This document shows, in pieces, positions 9,171-19,055 of a stretch of 34,789 bases of DNA. Position 1 is the first letter of the stretch. Every line of letters begins with the position of its first letter. The notes below the pieces were generated by a model that made no database searches, was not told the origin of the DNA, and saw nothing but the letters and a program-made list of their open reading frames with translations. The stretch is from positions 1-34,789 of the IMG/VR virus record IMGVR_UViG_3300020045_008088; one strand, 5' to 3'. The position numbers were made by a program, and so were the translations under genes. This stretch comes from a virus (taxonomy: Duplodnaviria > Caudoviricetes).

Positions 9171-11656
9171 GTTTTATGCTTTATCTTAATAGCCAGTTAG
9201 TTCAGTTATCGGATTCAAAGCCGATAGCACAAACTAAACAAGTAAACGATATAGCTAAGCTAGATAATCGTCAAACCAATTATACAAATAAATTTATAGC
9301 TCCACTAGTTGCAAATAATTTGCGAATAATGGAGAATGTCTATTTAGTAGGCAATCAGTCTAATTTGCCTTACACTAAATTAGTAGCAGATTTATATGAC
9401 GCTGAAACTGGAGAGTGTTTGATTTACAAAGGTTGGGCTGTTGTTGGCCTTACAAAAGATGCTGGTTATGAAATCCATGTATATGATGGTATAATTGATT
9501 TTTACAGATTGATTGAAAACAAGACTCTTACAGATATAGATATTACTCCATTGAATCATTTGAAAAATTTAACTTCAGTGATTAGGTCATTTGCAAATGA
9601 TTTGCCTTATAAATATATACTTGGGGATTACAATGGTAAAAACCAAGATGTTGTTGGACCAGGGCTTACTGTATTACTTGATGTTAATATCGATTATCAA
9701 GTACCAAGCGCTAGAAATGAATGGTTGTGGAATAGGATTTTTGAATTCATAGGTTGGACTTTTTCAGGTCCTATTTTTGACACAGAAGATTTTAAGAATT
9801 TCTTCATGACCTTTCCTAAACCAGTTCCACAATTAGTTCCAATTACAACTCTTGTTACAAGACAAACTAATACTGTACATATAGATACTGTTTTTGTAGG
9901 TGATTTTGGTGGATCAGAATACATAAATACTTATACAGCTATATTGATACCAGATGCTTTTTCTAATGCTTTTGGAACGCACATAGCTGGACAATATTAT
10001 ACAACTATAAATACTACTGGATCTTACTTATTGAAATCAGAAGGTGGTTTTTGCGGTTTAGGAGGTGAATGTTCTTCTGAAGTTATTTTCACGCTTAGAA
10101 ATTCAGCTGGAACTATATTACAAACTGGATCATACAATACACTAGATAATCCAACTATAGTAATTGCAGTAAGCGCAACAAATACTCTTTGGTTAAGAAC
10201 TCCAATTATTGGTAGAACTAGTAGTGTAACTGGTGATCAATCATTAACAGGTTCAATGACAACCTCAATTGAACACGTTGATGGTTTTGACGCAAACTTT
10301 TCCGAAGCCTTAGTTGATTTTAAAGTTACTGACTATGTAAATGAAGTGATGCAAAGATTTTGTTTGACAGGTTTTAAAGACAAATATGAAAATCATATAG
10401 AATTTAAGACACTAGAAGAAATAATATTAAATGATCCAGAAGACTGGAGCAAAATGTTTTCTAAAAAGAGATCTGAAAAATATACCTATGGTAATTATGC
10501 TAAGCGTAATAATTTTAAATATAGATACAATAATCAAAACGAAAAACACCATGATGGTTATATTGAAGTAGCTGATGAAAATTTAAAAGATGAAATCACT
10601 GTAATAAATTCTAAAATATATGCCCCAGATCTAGGATCAAAATTTATTGGGCAATTTACTGGAGTCTTTAGAATGTGGAACAAAGAACTGAAAGAAGGTG
10701 GAATAATACTATATAAAGAACTCTCTGGTCGCTATTACTTTTTAAAGTCTAAAGAATATACACAAACTATAATAATTGGCTCTAAAGCATTAAATACATA
10801 CGACACTATAGAAACGTTTCCAACAACAAATTATGATAGAATGCCTTTTTGGCAAGTTATAGAAGATAATTATTCTTTTATGCAAACACTTTTAAATAAA
10901 GCTAAAACTTTAGATGTTGATTTTCATTTGAATTCAAAAAAAGTAGCTACGTTTGATTTTAAAAGATGTATTTATGTGGAACAATTAGGTAGTTTTTACT
11001 TGGTTAATAAAATAAAAGGGTACCAAAAAGATAAAATAGTAACATGTGAAATAGTTGAAGTGGATAAAGATCAAACGGAATTGATAATTGTTCCACCTCC
11101 AATTTATACATTGGAACTACTTAGTTATTCAATAGTTGATTGCCACATGATTTTTGAAGTAAATACTAATATTCAACAACCTGCATTTGTAACAGTACAA
11201 TTTTATAAACCGCCAATTGTTTTTGAAAGTGGAGTCACTATAACTGTTTCTGGTATTTTAGATGATGATAAAATAACTATACCACTAGCTAACGTTCCAC
11301 TTAATGCTATAAATTATCAAGTTTCTGCTTTTTATTTTAGTGAAACCTTTGTACAAACAATTTCAAACGTATTATCAATTCCAATAGATGGTTCGTGTTA
11401 TGTGGGTGAAGGAGTTTTAACAGAAGTGAGTTATACAAGAAATCCAGGTGAGGATATGGTAGTAACAATTACCACTGACATTCCTTTTCCATTTACGATA
11501 AGCTTACAGGGAAGCAAAATATTTCCTGATTTTGGATTTTTTATGCCAATAACAGTAGAAGCAACTTCTAATGTAATTCACTTTCCAGATGTTCCAGCTG
11601 GAGTGTGGACTTATAATTTAGTATCTGGATCAGTAACATCAAATTCATTTACGTAA
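9167..11656 (+). CDS. tail tip / baseplate hub protein with beta-rich C-terminal extension
   Basis: 829 aa; N-terminal QVNDIA..RQTNYTNKF pattern; adjacent to tape measure. Confidence 0.6.
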   Translation: MSFMLYLNSQLVQLSDSKPIAQTKQVNDIAKLDNRQTNYTNKFIAPLVANNLRIMENVYLVGNQSNLPYTKLVADLYDAETGECLIYKGWAVVGLTKDAGYEIHVYDGIIDFYRLIENKTLTDIDITPLNHLKNLTSVIRSFANDLPYKYILGDYNGKNQDVVGPGLTVLLDVNIDYQVPSARNEWLWNRIFEFIGWTFSGPIFDTEDFKNFFMTFPKPVPQLVPITTLVTRQTNTVHIDTVFVGDFGGSEYINTYTAILIPDAFSNAFGTHIAGQYYTTINTTGSYLLKSEGGFCGLGGECSSEVIFTLRNSAGTILQTGSYNTLDNPTIVIAVSATNTLWLRTPIIGRTSSVTGDQSLTGSMTTSIEHVDGFDANFSEALVDFKVTDYVNEVMQRFCLTGFKDKYENHIEFKTLEEIILNDPEDWSKMFSKKRSEKYTYGNYAKRNNFKYRYNNQNEKHHDGYIEVADENLKDEITVINSKIYAPDLGSKFIGQFTGVFRMWNKELKEGGIILYKELSGRYYFLKSKEYTQTIIIGSKALNTYDTIETFPTTNYDRMPFWQVIEDNYSFMQTLLNKAKTLDVDFHLNSKKVATFDFKRCIYVEQLGSFYLVNKIKGYQKDKIVTCEIVEVDKDQTELIIVPPPIYTLELLSYSIVDCHMIFEVNTNIQQPAFVTVQFYKPPIVFESGVTITVSGILDDDKITIPLANVPLNAINYQVSAFYFSETFVQTISNVLSIPIDGSCYVGEGVLTEVSYTRNPGEDMVVTITTDIPFPFTISLQGSKIFPDFGFFMPITVEATSNVIHFPDVPAGVWTYNLVSGSVTSNSFT

Positions 11657-14424
11657 TGGCTGAGAAAACAAAAATATTAGAACTAGACATTGATGTAGAA
11701 AGCATCATAGCAAAATCAGCTCAGCTTAAATCTGAATTAGATGGGCTTCGCGTTACACAAGATAATCTTAAAAAATCAGGTGATACAAATAGCGAGGCTT
11801 TTGTAAAAAATGCTGCAAATATTACTAAGCTATCAAGTGAATATAATGTAAATCAAAAACAACTTACTGGTTTAATAGCTTCAAATGGTGAATTTGCATC
11901 AATACAAGATAAGGCAAATGCTCTTTTAGCTAAAGAAGTCACAGGAATTAAAGAAGCTGCAACTAGTAATAAGGAATTGAAAGTAATTCGCGATTCCTTA
12001 AACTTAACAAGAGCTGATGAAAAAGCTTTGGCTGATGAAATAAATGACAAACTCAATAAAAATACAGATTTTATAAAAGCAAATGTTTCAGAAAACGAAA
12101 AATTGAAAATTGGAATTGGTGGATATAAAGATGCTGTAAAAGATGCTATTGGAGAAACTGGAATATATACAGGTGAATTAGGTAATGTAGCAAAAGTGTA
12201 TGATGCAGCAAGTAAAGCAGTAGCTCCTTTTGTAAATGACATAAAAGCCACAGCTGAAAATATGAAATCTTCAACAGTTGAAACTGAAGGGATGTCAGTA
12301 GCACAAAAAGGTTTAACTATAGCTACAAATTTAGGTTCTGGCGCCATGCGTATATTTGCATTAGCTGTAGCCGCTACTGGAGTTGGAGCAATTATAATAG
12401 TAATAGCCTTACTTATTAATTATTTTAGACAACTTGACCCGGTAATGGATAAAGTTGAACAACTTTTTGCCGGAGTTGGTGGAGCTATTGATGCGGTCAC
12501 AAATATAGTTGGTGATTTTGTAACTAATTTAAAAAGCGCTAGTGATTTTATAGGTAAAATGGGATCAATTTTAGCTCATCCAATAGATAGTTTCAAATCA
12601 TTAGGTAAAGAAATGGCTAGTGCAGCAGAAGAAGCCGCGAATCTTAAAGAACGCCAACAGGATTTAGCTGACCAGATGGACATAAATTCTATTCTAAACA
12701 AAAAACAAGAATCTGAAATTGGTAGGCTTTTAATTCAAGCAAAAGACAAATCTAAATCTGATGCTGAAACAAATAAAGCTTTTGCAGATGCTGAAAAACT
12801 AAATGCTGAAATATTTGAACGTAACAAAAAAGCTTCTACTGAAGGTTTGGAAATAGCAATTGTTGAGGCTAAGAAAAAGAAAAAATTAACTGAAGATGAA
12901 ATTGAAGATCTTAGAAATTTAGATATTGCTAAGGCTAATACTTTACTAAATGAAGGTAAGATAACTACAGAATCTTATAACCAGCTTAAAACTGCATTTG
13001 AATCAAAAATAGATGTTGAAAATCAGTATAATGAACAGTTAGATAAGATTACTACTAAAAGCAATAACGCTATAGAGAAACAACAAGCTGCAAATGAAGC
13101 TGCTGCTAAAAAAACAGAAGAAGCAAAACAAAAAATTCTTGATGACGCTGCGGCTTTATCTACAGCAAGGTTAAATTTATTTTTATCTGAGCAAGGTATT
13201 AGAGTAAAATCTTTGGAAGAGGATTTACGATTGAATGAAGAAATACTAAATAAGAAACTAGAAATTGCGCAAAAGGAATTTGAGGCTTCTAAGAAAACAC
13301 AAGCTGATAAAATAGGATTGTTAGCAGCTGAAAATGAAGCTAAGAATGAATTCTTACAAAAACAAACTGATTTAGTAGTTGAAAATGCTCAACATGAGTT
13401 GGACATATATTTAGATACGCATAAATCTAAAATAGAAGCAAATAAGTTTCTTACTGAAGAATTATTAAACCAGGAAAAAGAACGCTTAGATGGTATAGCT
13501 AAAGAGCAACAAGAATTTGAACAATTACGTTTGACAAATGGCGTCATAACTGAACAAGAATACCAGGACGCAATTAAACAGGTTCAAGATGATACCAGAG
13601 TTGCTAAAGAAGAAGCTCAAGCTGAACGCGATCAAGCTGAAGCAGATAGAAAAATTGCGGATATTGAAAACCAATTAGCAACTAGTCAAAGTGATTTTGA
13701 TAAAGACTTAGCTTTAAAAATTGAAAGGCTTAATTTACAAAAAGCAGCTGAGTTAAAAAATGCAAATGATACAGGCGCAGATAAAACTATAATAATTGCA
13801 AAATATACAGGTATTGAAAAGCAATTACGTAATGATGTTGAGCAATCAAAACTAGCTTTAATATCTTCTGGTTTATCTCAAGCAAAAGGATTATTTAAAG
13901 AAAATACGGCAGCTTATAAAATATTAGCAGTAGCTGAAGCAACTATAAACACATATAAAGCTGCGTCAATGGCTTTATCTACCTATGCTTACCCTATTGG
14001 TGGTATTTTTGCAGGATTAGCTATTGCTCAAGGGTTGATACAAGTTAGTCAAATAGTAGGTGTTAAGTTGGCAAAAGGTGCAATTGATTTGAATGGACCT
14101 GGATCTACAACTAGCGATTCTATTCCAGCGCAATTATCTCGTGGAGAATCAGTAATTAATGCTGAATCAACTGCAAAAAACAAATCATTGCTACAAGCTA
14201 TAAATACAAATTCCGGAGTTGATTTTGCTAAACAAGTATTTCCTAGTTCAGTTGCAAATATTTATAACAATAACCAGCAGCAACCGATGGACTATGATTT
14301 ACTCGCTTCTAAAATATCTGAAGCTAACAAATCATTACCAGCTCCAAATGTAAAAGTAGGAGTGGACGACATACAATCAGGTCTAGACTCAAAACAAGCC
14401 ATTGTAGATGGCGCAAATTTTTAA
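11656..14424 (+). CDS. tail tape measure protein
   Basis: 922 aa Ala/Glu/Lys-rich helical protein, hydrophobic segments, C-terminal GPGSTTSDSIPAQLSRGESVINA motif. Confidence 0.9.
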   Translation: MAEKTKILELDIDVESIIAKSAQLKSELDGLRVTQDNLKKSGDTNSEAFVKNAANITKLSSEYNVNQKQLTGLIASNGEFASIQDKANALLAKEVTGIKEAATSNKELKVIRDSLNLTRADEKALADEINDKLNKNTDFIKANVSENEKLKIGIGGYKDAVKDAIGETGIYTGELGNVAKVYDAASKAVAPFVNDIKATAENMKSSTVETEGMSVAQKGLTIATNLGSGAMRIFALAVAATGVGAIIIVIALLINYFRQLDPVMDKVEQLFAGVGGAIDAVTNIVGDFVTNLKSASDFIGKMGSILAHPIDSFKSLGKEMASAAEEAANLKERQQDLADQMDINSILNKKQESEIGRLLIQAKDKSKSDAETNKAFADAEKLNAEIFERNKKASTEGLEIAIVEAKKKKKLTEDEIEDLRNLDIAKANTLLNEGKITTESYNQLKTAFESKIDVENQYNEQLDKITTKSNNAIEKQQAANEAAAKKTEEAKQKILDDAAALSTARLNLFLSEQGIRVKSLEEDLRLNEEILNKKLEIAQKEFEASKKTQADKIGLLAAENEAKNEFLQKQTDLVVENAQHELDIYLDTHKSKIEANKFLTEELLNQEKERLDGIAKEQQEFEQLRLTNGVITEQEYQDAIKQVQDDTRVAKEEAQAERDQAEADRKIADIENQLATSQSDFDKDLALKIERLNLQKAAELKNANDTGADKTIIIAKYTGIEKQLRNDVEQSKLALISSGLSQAKGLFKENTAAYKILAVAEATINTYKAASMALSTYAYPIGGIFAGLAIAQGLIQVSQIVGVKLAKGAIDLNGPGSTTSDSIPAQLSRGESVINAESTAKNKSLLQAINTNSGVDFAKQVFPSSVANIYNNNQQQPMDYDLLASKISEANKSLPAPNVKVGVDDIQSGLDSKQAIVDGANF

Positions 14425-14427
14425 ACT

Positions 14428-14694
14428 ATGGGATTAATAGAAGATTTAATTAATGGTTGGTCTAACTACCTTAAAAATGATAATGAAGAGGTTTTAGCAA
14501 TTGCAAAACGTAGAGCTATTATTTGTGCTGAGTGTCCATTAGCCACATTTGGCAAACATCTTTCAGTACTTCCAGATCATTCATTTGGGGAAATACAAGG
14601 TTATTATTGTGACAAGAAACAAGGTGGTTGTGGGTGTCCAATTTCAACTGCAATACGTAGTAAGAATAAAAAATGCCCTTTGGGAAAATGGTAA
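14428..14694 (+). CDS. small Cys-rich putative Zn-binding protein
   Basis: RRAIICAECP...C....GCGC...CPLGKW. Confidence 0.7.
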   Translation: MGLIEDLINGWSNYLKNDNEEVLAIAKRRAIICAECPLATFGKHLSVLPDHSFGEIQGYYCDKKQGGCGCPISTAIRSKNKKCPLGKW

Positions 14695-14751
14695 AAAATT
14701 AGTTAAAAATAAACTTTTATTATAAATAAAAAAGTATTAAATTCGTAATCT

Positions 14752-14973
14752 ATGTTATACACAGAAATAATTCATAAAATAAAAGAAATTCGCTATTTTA
14801 CTAAATTGGGTTTAATAAATCCAAATTGGTTGCGAGATCTAGACGTTTTTGAAAATTACACACTGCACAGAAACAATGGTGAAAACAAAGCTAACTCTTA
14901 CAAAAATACTGGGGTGGAATTTGGTATTAGTTGGCAAAGTGTAAAAGTTATTGTTGCTAAAATGGAATCATAA
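14752..14973 (+). CDS. small putative HTH DNA-binding protein
   Basis: C-terminal TGVEFGISWQSVKVIV resembles a helix-turn-helix. Confidence 0.5.
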   Translation: MLYTEIIHKIKEIRYFTKLGLINPNWLRDLDVFENYTLHRNNGENKANSYKNTGVEFGISWQSVKVIVAKMES

Positions 14974-15016
14974 ATATTTTTTTTTAATTTTTGTTGATTT
15001 AGTTTATTGTGTTTGG

Positions 15017-15052
15017 AAAGTGGTTAAAATTCTTTAGCCACTTTTTCTTTTT
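15017..15052 (+). terminator. intrinsic terminator / hairpin before the head operon
   Basis: AAAGTGGTTAAA-ATTC-TTTAGCCACTTT plus T-run. Confidence 0.6.
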
Positions 15053-15060
15053 AATAGACT

Positions 15061-15068
15061 TACATTTG
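15061..15068 (+). promoter_or_regulatory. Bacteroidota-type -7 promoter element for the head operon
   Basis: TACATTTG 24 nt before the ATG at 15093. Confidence 0.55.
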
Positions 15069-15092
15069 TAATAGTTAAAATACAAAAGTACA

Positions 15093-16346
15093 ATGTCTAA
15101 AAAATTCTTCAACTCTTTACCAAATTTCAATTCTAATAAAATTAGCGTTGATAGAGAAAATGATGTATTGAAAAATACGTGCATTGCTAATTATGGAGAG
15201 AATAAAAATGGCACTTTTTTTGATGATGCTTTTTTACAAGATTTACTTAAACAAGGTAATGAAGGAAAAGGAGTTAAATCTAGATTTGGCCACCCAAATA
15301 TGTGTTCTACTGCTTTTGGTTCTTATATTGGTAGATACAAAAATTTTACTATTCAAAATGTTGATGGTAAAAATAGAGTATTTGCTGATTTACATTTAGA
15401 TCCTATTACTAAGAAAACAGAAGTTGAAGGTAAAGGAATAAAAATGTACGACTATATTATGGATATGGCAGACGCAAATCCAGATATGTTTGGAAATTCA
15501 ATCCATATTTTTGCTGATACTTTTGAAAAAGAAATTGATGGTAAAATGCAATTACTACATAGGTTAGAAAAATTCAAAGCTTGTGATTTAGTAGATGATC
15601 CTGCTGCAACTGATGAATTATTCTCAGCTGATGGTGATTTAGGTGCAATTGTTACACAATTCTTAGATGAAAATCCTTCTATTTTTGAATCAATTTCAAA
15701 AGATCCTAATATTATCGAAGACTTTTTCGAAAGATATATTAACTATTCAAATCGTAAATCTTTAAATACATTTAATATGAGCAATTTCTTCCAAAAAATG
15801 CTGGGAAAAAAAGCGGCCGCTGACAAAGATGGTGAACAATTCGATATAGATCTAACTCTTGCAGACGGTTCTATCGTAACAGTAATCACTGAAGCAGAAC
15901 AACCGCAAGTCGATGACAAAGTTGTCGATGAAACAGGAGCGCCTGTAAAAGATGATACACACCTATTACCTGATGGTAGTTCTATCACAACGGTAGGTGG
16001 AGTAATCACTGAAATTACTGAGAAAATCGCCCAAGAAACAGAGGATCCTAAGGAACCAACTCTTACTGAAGTGATGAACTCTATTTCAAACATTGGTAAA
16101 CAGTTTAGTGCTTTTCAAAAAGAGCAAAAAACAAATCAAGGTTTGAATGAAAAAGCTTTTGAAATGTTGCAAAAAGACTTCATGGCTTTTGAAAAGAAAA
16201 CGAATTTAGCATTGAAAAATGTTAAGTCTACCTACGAAGCTCCTGGAGCTGATGCTAACGACAAAGGTGCAAAAGGTTCCAAAACCTATGATGCTGCAGC
16301 CGTTACTGAAGCTAGAAAGAAAATCGAAGAAAACAAGAAAAAATAA
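15093..16346 (+). CDS. prohead protease / scaffold protein
   Basis: RFGHP, GNSI and DLVDDPAAT motifs in the N-domain; charged scaffold-like C-domain; directly before major capsid. Confidence 0.7.
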   Translation: MSKKFFNSLPNFNSNKISVDRENDVLKNTCIANYGENKNGTFFDDAFLQDLLKQGNEGKGVKSRFGHPNMCSTAFGSYIGRYKNFTIQNVDGKNRVFADLHLDPITKKTEVEGKGIKMYDYIMDMADANPDMFGNSIHIFADTFEKEIDGKMQLLHRLEKFKACDLVDDPAATDELFSADGDLGAIVTQFLDENPSIFESISKDPNIIEDFFERYINYSNRKSLNTFNMSNFFQKMLGKKAAADKDGEQFDIDLTLADGSIVTVITEAEQPQVDDKVVDETGAPVKDDTHLLPDGSSITTVGGVITEITEKIAQETEDPKEPTLTEVMNSISNIGKQFSAFQKEQKTNQGLNEKAFEMLQKDFMAFEKKTNLALKNVKSTYEAPGADANDKGAKGSKTYDAAAVTEARKKIEENKKK

Positions 16347-16367
16347 CCCTTAAATACAAGTAAAAAG

Positions 16368-17438
16368 ATGGGATTAGTAGCCGACTTTAAAGCGCTTGCG
16401 GACGACAAGCAGTATATAAAAGACACAACTGAGATTGTGAGAACTAAATTGTTTTCAGAGCCTACAGAAACGTTTTTTACAATCGTACCTGGAATAAAAG
16501 GTGGTAAGCAAGTTGCTGCCATGAAAGGATTTGAATATGTAACCAAAGCCTCAGCAGGTTGTGGTGGTTCTGGAATCTCACCAGATTTTCCAGCATTTTC
16601 ACAATTTTGGAATCCAAAATTAGCTGAAGTAAAAATTGAACTTTGTTACGAAGACTTCGAATCTTCATTTGTACAATGGGGTTTAAAAAATGGGTACCAA
16701 AGAAAAGACCTTACTGGAACTGAAATGGCTTTGTTCATTGAAAGTTTAGTATTTGACGCAATGGTTTTAGACTTACAACGTATGGCGTTGTTAAGTGACA
16801 AAGATATTGCTACACAAGATATTTTAACTGATGTTGCAAAAGCACCTTTTTACAATATCATTGATAAAGGTTTGATCCCTACATTACAGTATCTACAAAC
16901 TTTACCAGAGTTTGAAGAAAACTTTGTAGCTCTTTCTGAGAATACCGGTTTGATCGCAGATCAATTAGCTTTAGCTGATGACTATGCAGTTAAATTGTAT
17001 GAATCATTAATCCTTGAGTCTTATGACTTTGATGGTGATATGTTATTGTCATCTAATCGCTTAGCACTTAATTATGATGCGTTCTTGAGACGTGGAAATG
17101 GTTACAATGTTCAAGGTAATTTAGATGCTACTCAAAATGGTGTTAAAAATGCAATGGTATCTGGGCACCCAGTTGTTCCTGTTAAGAACTATGATCGTTG
17201 GAAGAAAAAAGACTTCACAATTGATGCTGATCCAGGACCTGGAAGTACTATCCATTTACCTCACTTTGCATTATTCACTAAAAAAGAATTCTTGCAAATT
17301 GGAGTTGATGATACTGCAGCATTAGAAAACTTAACTATGGAATACATAGGTGGATCAGAAGAGAAGTTTTGGATCAAAGGAAACTACATGTTTGACTTCA
17401 AAATGGTGAACCCATACGAAATGAAAGCTGCGCTTTAA
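16368..17438 (+). CDS. major capsid protein
   Basis: 356 aa, follows protease, followed by a strong terminator; codon bias of a highly expressed gene. Confidence 0.8.
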   Translation: MGLVADFKALADDKQYIKDTTEIVRTKLFSEPTETFFTIVPGIKGGKQVAAMKGFEYVTKASAGCGGSGISPDFPAFSQFWNPKLAEVKIELCYEDFESSFVQWGLKNGYQRKDLTGTEMALFIESLVFDAMVLDLQRMALLSDKDIATQDILTDVAKAPFYNIIDKGLIPTLQYLQTLPEFEENFVALSENTGLIADQLALADDYAVKLYESLILESYDFDGDMLLSSNRLALNYDAFLRRGNGYNVQGNLDATQNGVKNAMVSGHPVVPVKNYDRWKKKDFTIDADPGPGSTIHLPHFALFTKKEFLQIGVDDTAALENLTMEYIGGSEEKFWIKGNYMFDFKMVNPYEMKAAL

Positions 17439-17452
17439 TTAATTGTAAAATC

Positions 17453-17484
17453 AAAAGCGAGTACCTAAAAACACTCGCTTTTTT
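17453..17484 (+). terminator. intrinsic terminator after capsid gene
   Basis: AAAAGCGAGT / ACTCGCTTTT stem plus T-run. Confidence 0.85.
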
Positions 17485-17498
17485 AAAATAAAGAAATC

Positions 17499-18365
17499 AT
17501 GGCAGAAGAAACATGCGACTCAAATTTAGCTGGGCAATTTGTTCAACATTGCGGTTACAAGTCTAAGCAAGGTCTTAGAAAAAAATGGTATTTCAACTGG
17601 GACGATGTAGACAGAGTCGCTACACAGTTAGTAAATAAAGGAACTAAAATTACAACTTTTGTATTAAAACCAGATGCGTTTTTATTTCCTGCACAAGGTA
17701 ATTCTAAAACATTAAAAGCTAAACATGCTTTATCTGTTTTAGATTTTGGAAATGGTTACGTACATACTGACACTTTGACAATCCAGTATCACGGAGAAAA
17801 TGAGCGTTTGAGAATTCAAGAACTTGTTGAAGGTGGTAGAGTAGGATCAATCAACAAAAAAGTTGATGGGGGTTTAAATGGTGAACTAGCATTTGAAGTT
17901 TTTGGATATGAGTCAGGAATGACAATTATCGAAGACAATTACGATTCTGCTGCAAACTCTGGAACTGTTACAATTTCGGTTGCTACTGAAAAAGGTGAAG
18001 AGGAATCTACTGGTAAAAAATTATTCTTGATGGCTGGAGGTGCTGCTGCAACTGAAGACTGGATCACGGCTAATGAATTTGCTGGTGAAATTATTGATCC
18101 TTCAGTATTGAAACCAATTACTATTTCACCAACTGGATCTGATCCATGTGAAATTGATGCAGTAGCTGCAGATACACCAGCTTGGTTCTCAGGCGGTGGA
18201 ACTGTTCCAATGTATGGTGATATTATTTACTTAGATGAGCTGGGTGAAGAATTACTAAATGGAGCTGGTCAACGTTATGAATATATAACTGAAGCTTTAT
18301 TAACTGGTACGGTTGCCGTAACTACTCTAGGAGTTGTTTACAATCCTATTGGAGTAATATGTTAA
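17499..18365 (+). CDS. major tail tube protein with C-terminal accessory domain
   Basis: ~195 aa core (FEVFGYESGM) plus linker and ~85 aa beta domain; context. Confidence 0.65.
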   Translation: MAEETCDSNLAGQFVQHCGYKSKQGLRKKWYFNWDDVDRVATQLVNKGTKITTFVLKPDAFLFPAQGNSKTLKAKHALSVLDFGNGYVHTDTLTIQYHGENERLRIQELVEGGRVGSINKKVDGGLNGELAFEVFGYESGMTIIEDNYDSAANSGTVTISVATEKGEEESTGKKLFLMAGGAAATEDWITANEFAGEIIDPSVLKPITISPTGSDPCEIDAVAADTPAWFSGGGTVPMYGDIIYLDELGEELLNGAGQRYEYITEALLTGTVAVTTLGVVYNPIGVIC

Positions 18366-19051
18366 GCCAAAAGGAAAATGAATCATTAGAGCTTATTAAA
18401 ACAATGAGCTCTGATGATTTAATTAAAACTAGAGATGCTCAAGGAGTTCCATATTTAAAACTAGTATTCTCTTTATACCAAAAATTATTTGGCGAAGCTT
18501 GTTCTACTTGCCCTAATAAAATAGGCGGATATATAACAAAATTAAAAAAGTATAATCCTAATTCAAATTTAATCATGTCTAAATCAAGATATACATTACA
18601 AGGACTGAATGTCATAGTTGTTCCTGGAACATCTAAAGCATATTCAAATAGTAATTTAACTGATGAAGTTGCTATTAAATTTTTAGCATCTAATGCTAAA
18701 AGAAAAGCACTATTTTCTAAGCTTCCAAAAGAAGTAGATGAAGAAATCGCAAACTTTGTAGCTACTGGAGAATTTCCAACTATTACTGTTGGTGATGAAA
18801 CTGTAGAAGTTGTTACTAAAGCAAAAAAACTTTCTAAAGCTGAAGTTAAAAAAGCTAAAGCAGAAGCTGAAAAAGCAGAAGCTGAAAAAGCAGAAGCTGA
18901 AAAAGCAGAAGCTGAAAAAGCAGAAGCTGAAAAAGCAGAAGCTGAAAAAGCAGAAGCTGAAAAATTAGCCTCAGTAGTTGATGTAGACGCTGATGCTCCA
19001 GATGCTAATATAATTACAGACACAACTGATCCAGAAAACCTTTTAGGTTAA
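18359..19051 (+). CDS. hypothetical protein with CxxC motif and AEAEK repeats
   Basis: CSTC; SNSNLTDEVAIKFL; low-complexity C-terminus. Confidence 0.7.
   Translation: MLSQKENESLELIKTMSSDDLIKTRDAQGVPYLKLVFSLYQKLFGEACSTCPNKIGGYITKLKKYNPNSNLIMSKSRYTLQGLNVIVVPGTSKAYSNSNLTDEVAIKFLASNAKRKALFSKLPKEVDEEIANFVATGEFPTITVGDETVEVVTKAKKLSKAEVKKAKAEAEKAEAEKAEAEKAEAEKAEAEKAEAEKAEAEKLASVVDVDADAPDANIITDTTDPENLLG
18860..18964 (+). repeat. perfect 15-bp tandem repeat x7 (GCAGAAGCTGAAAAA)
   Basis: read directly; encodes (AEAEK)7. Confidence 0.95.
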
Positions 19052-19055
19052 TCTT

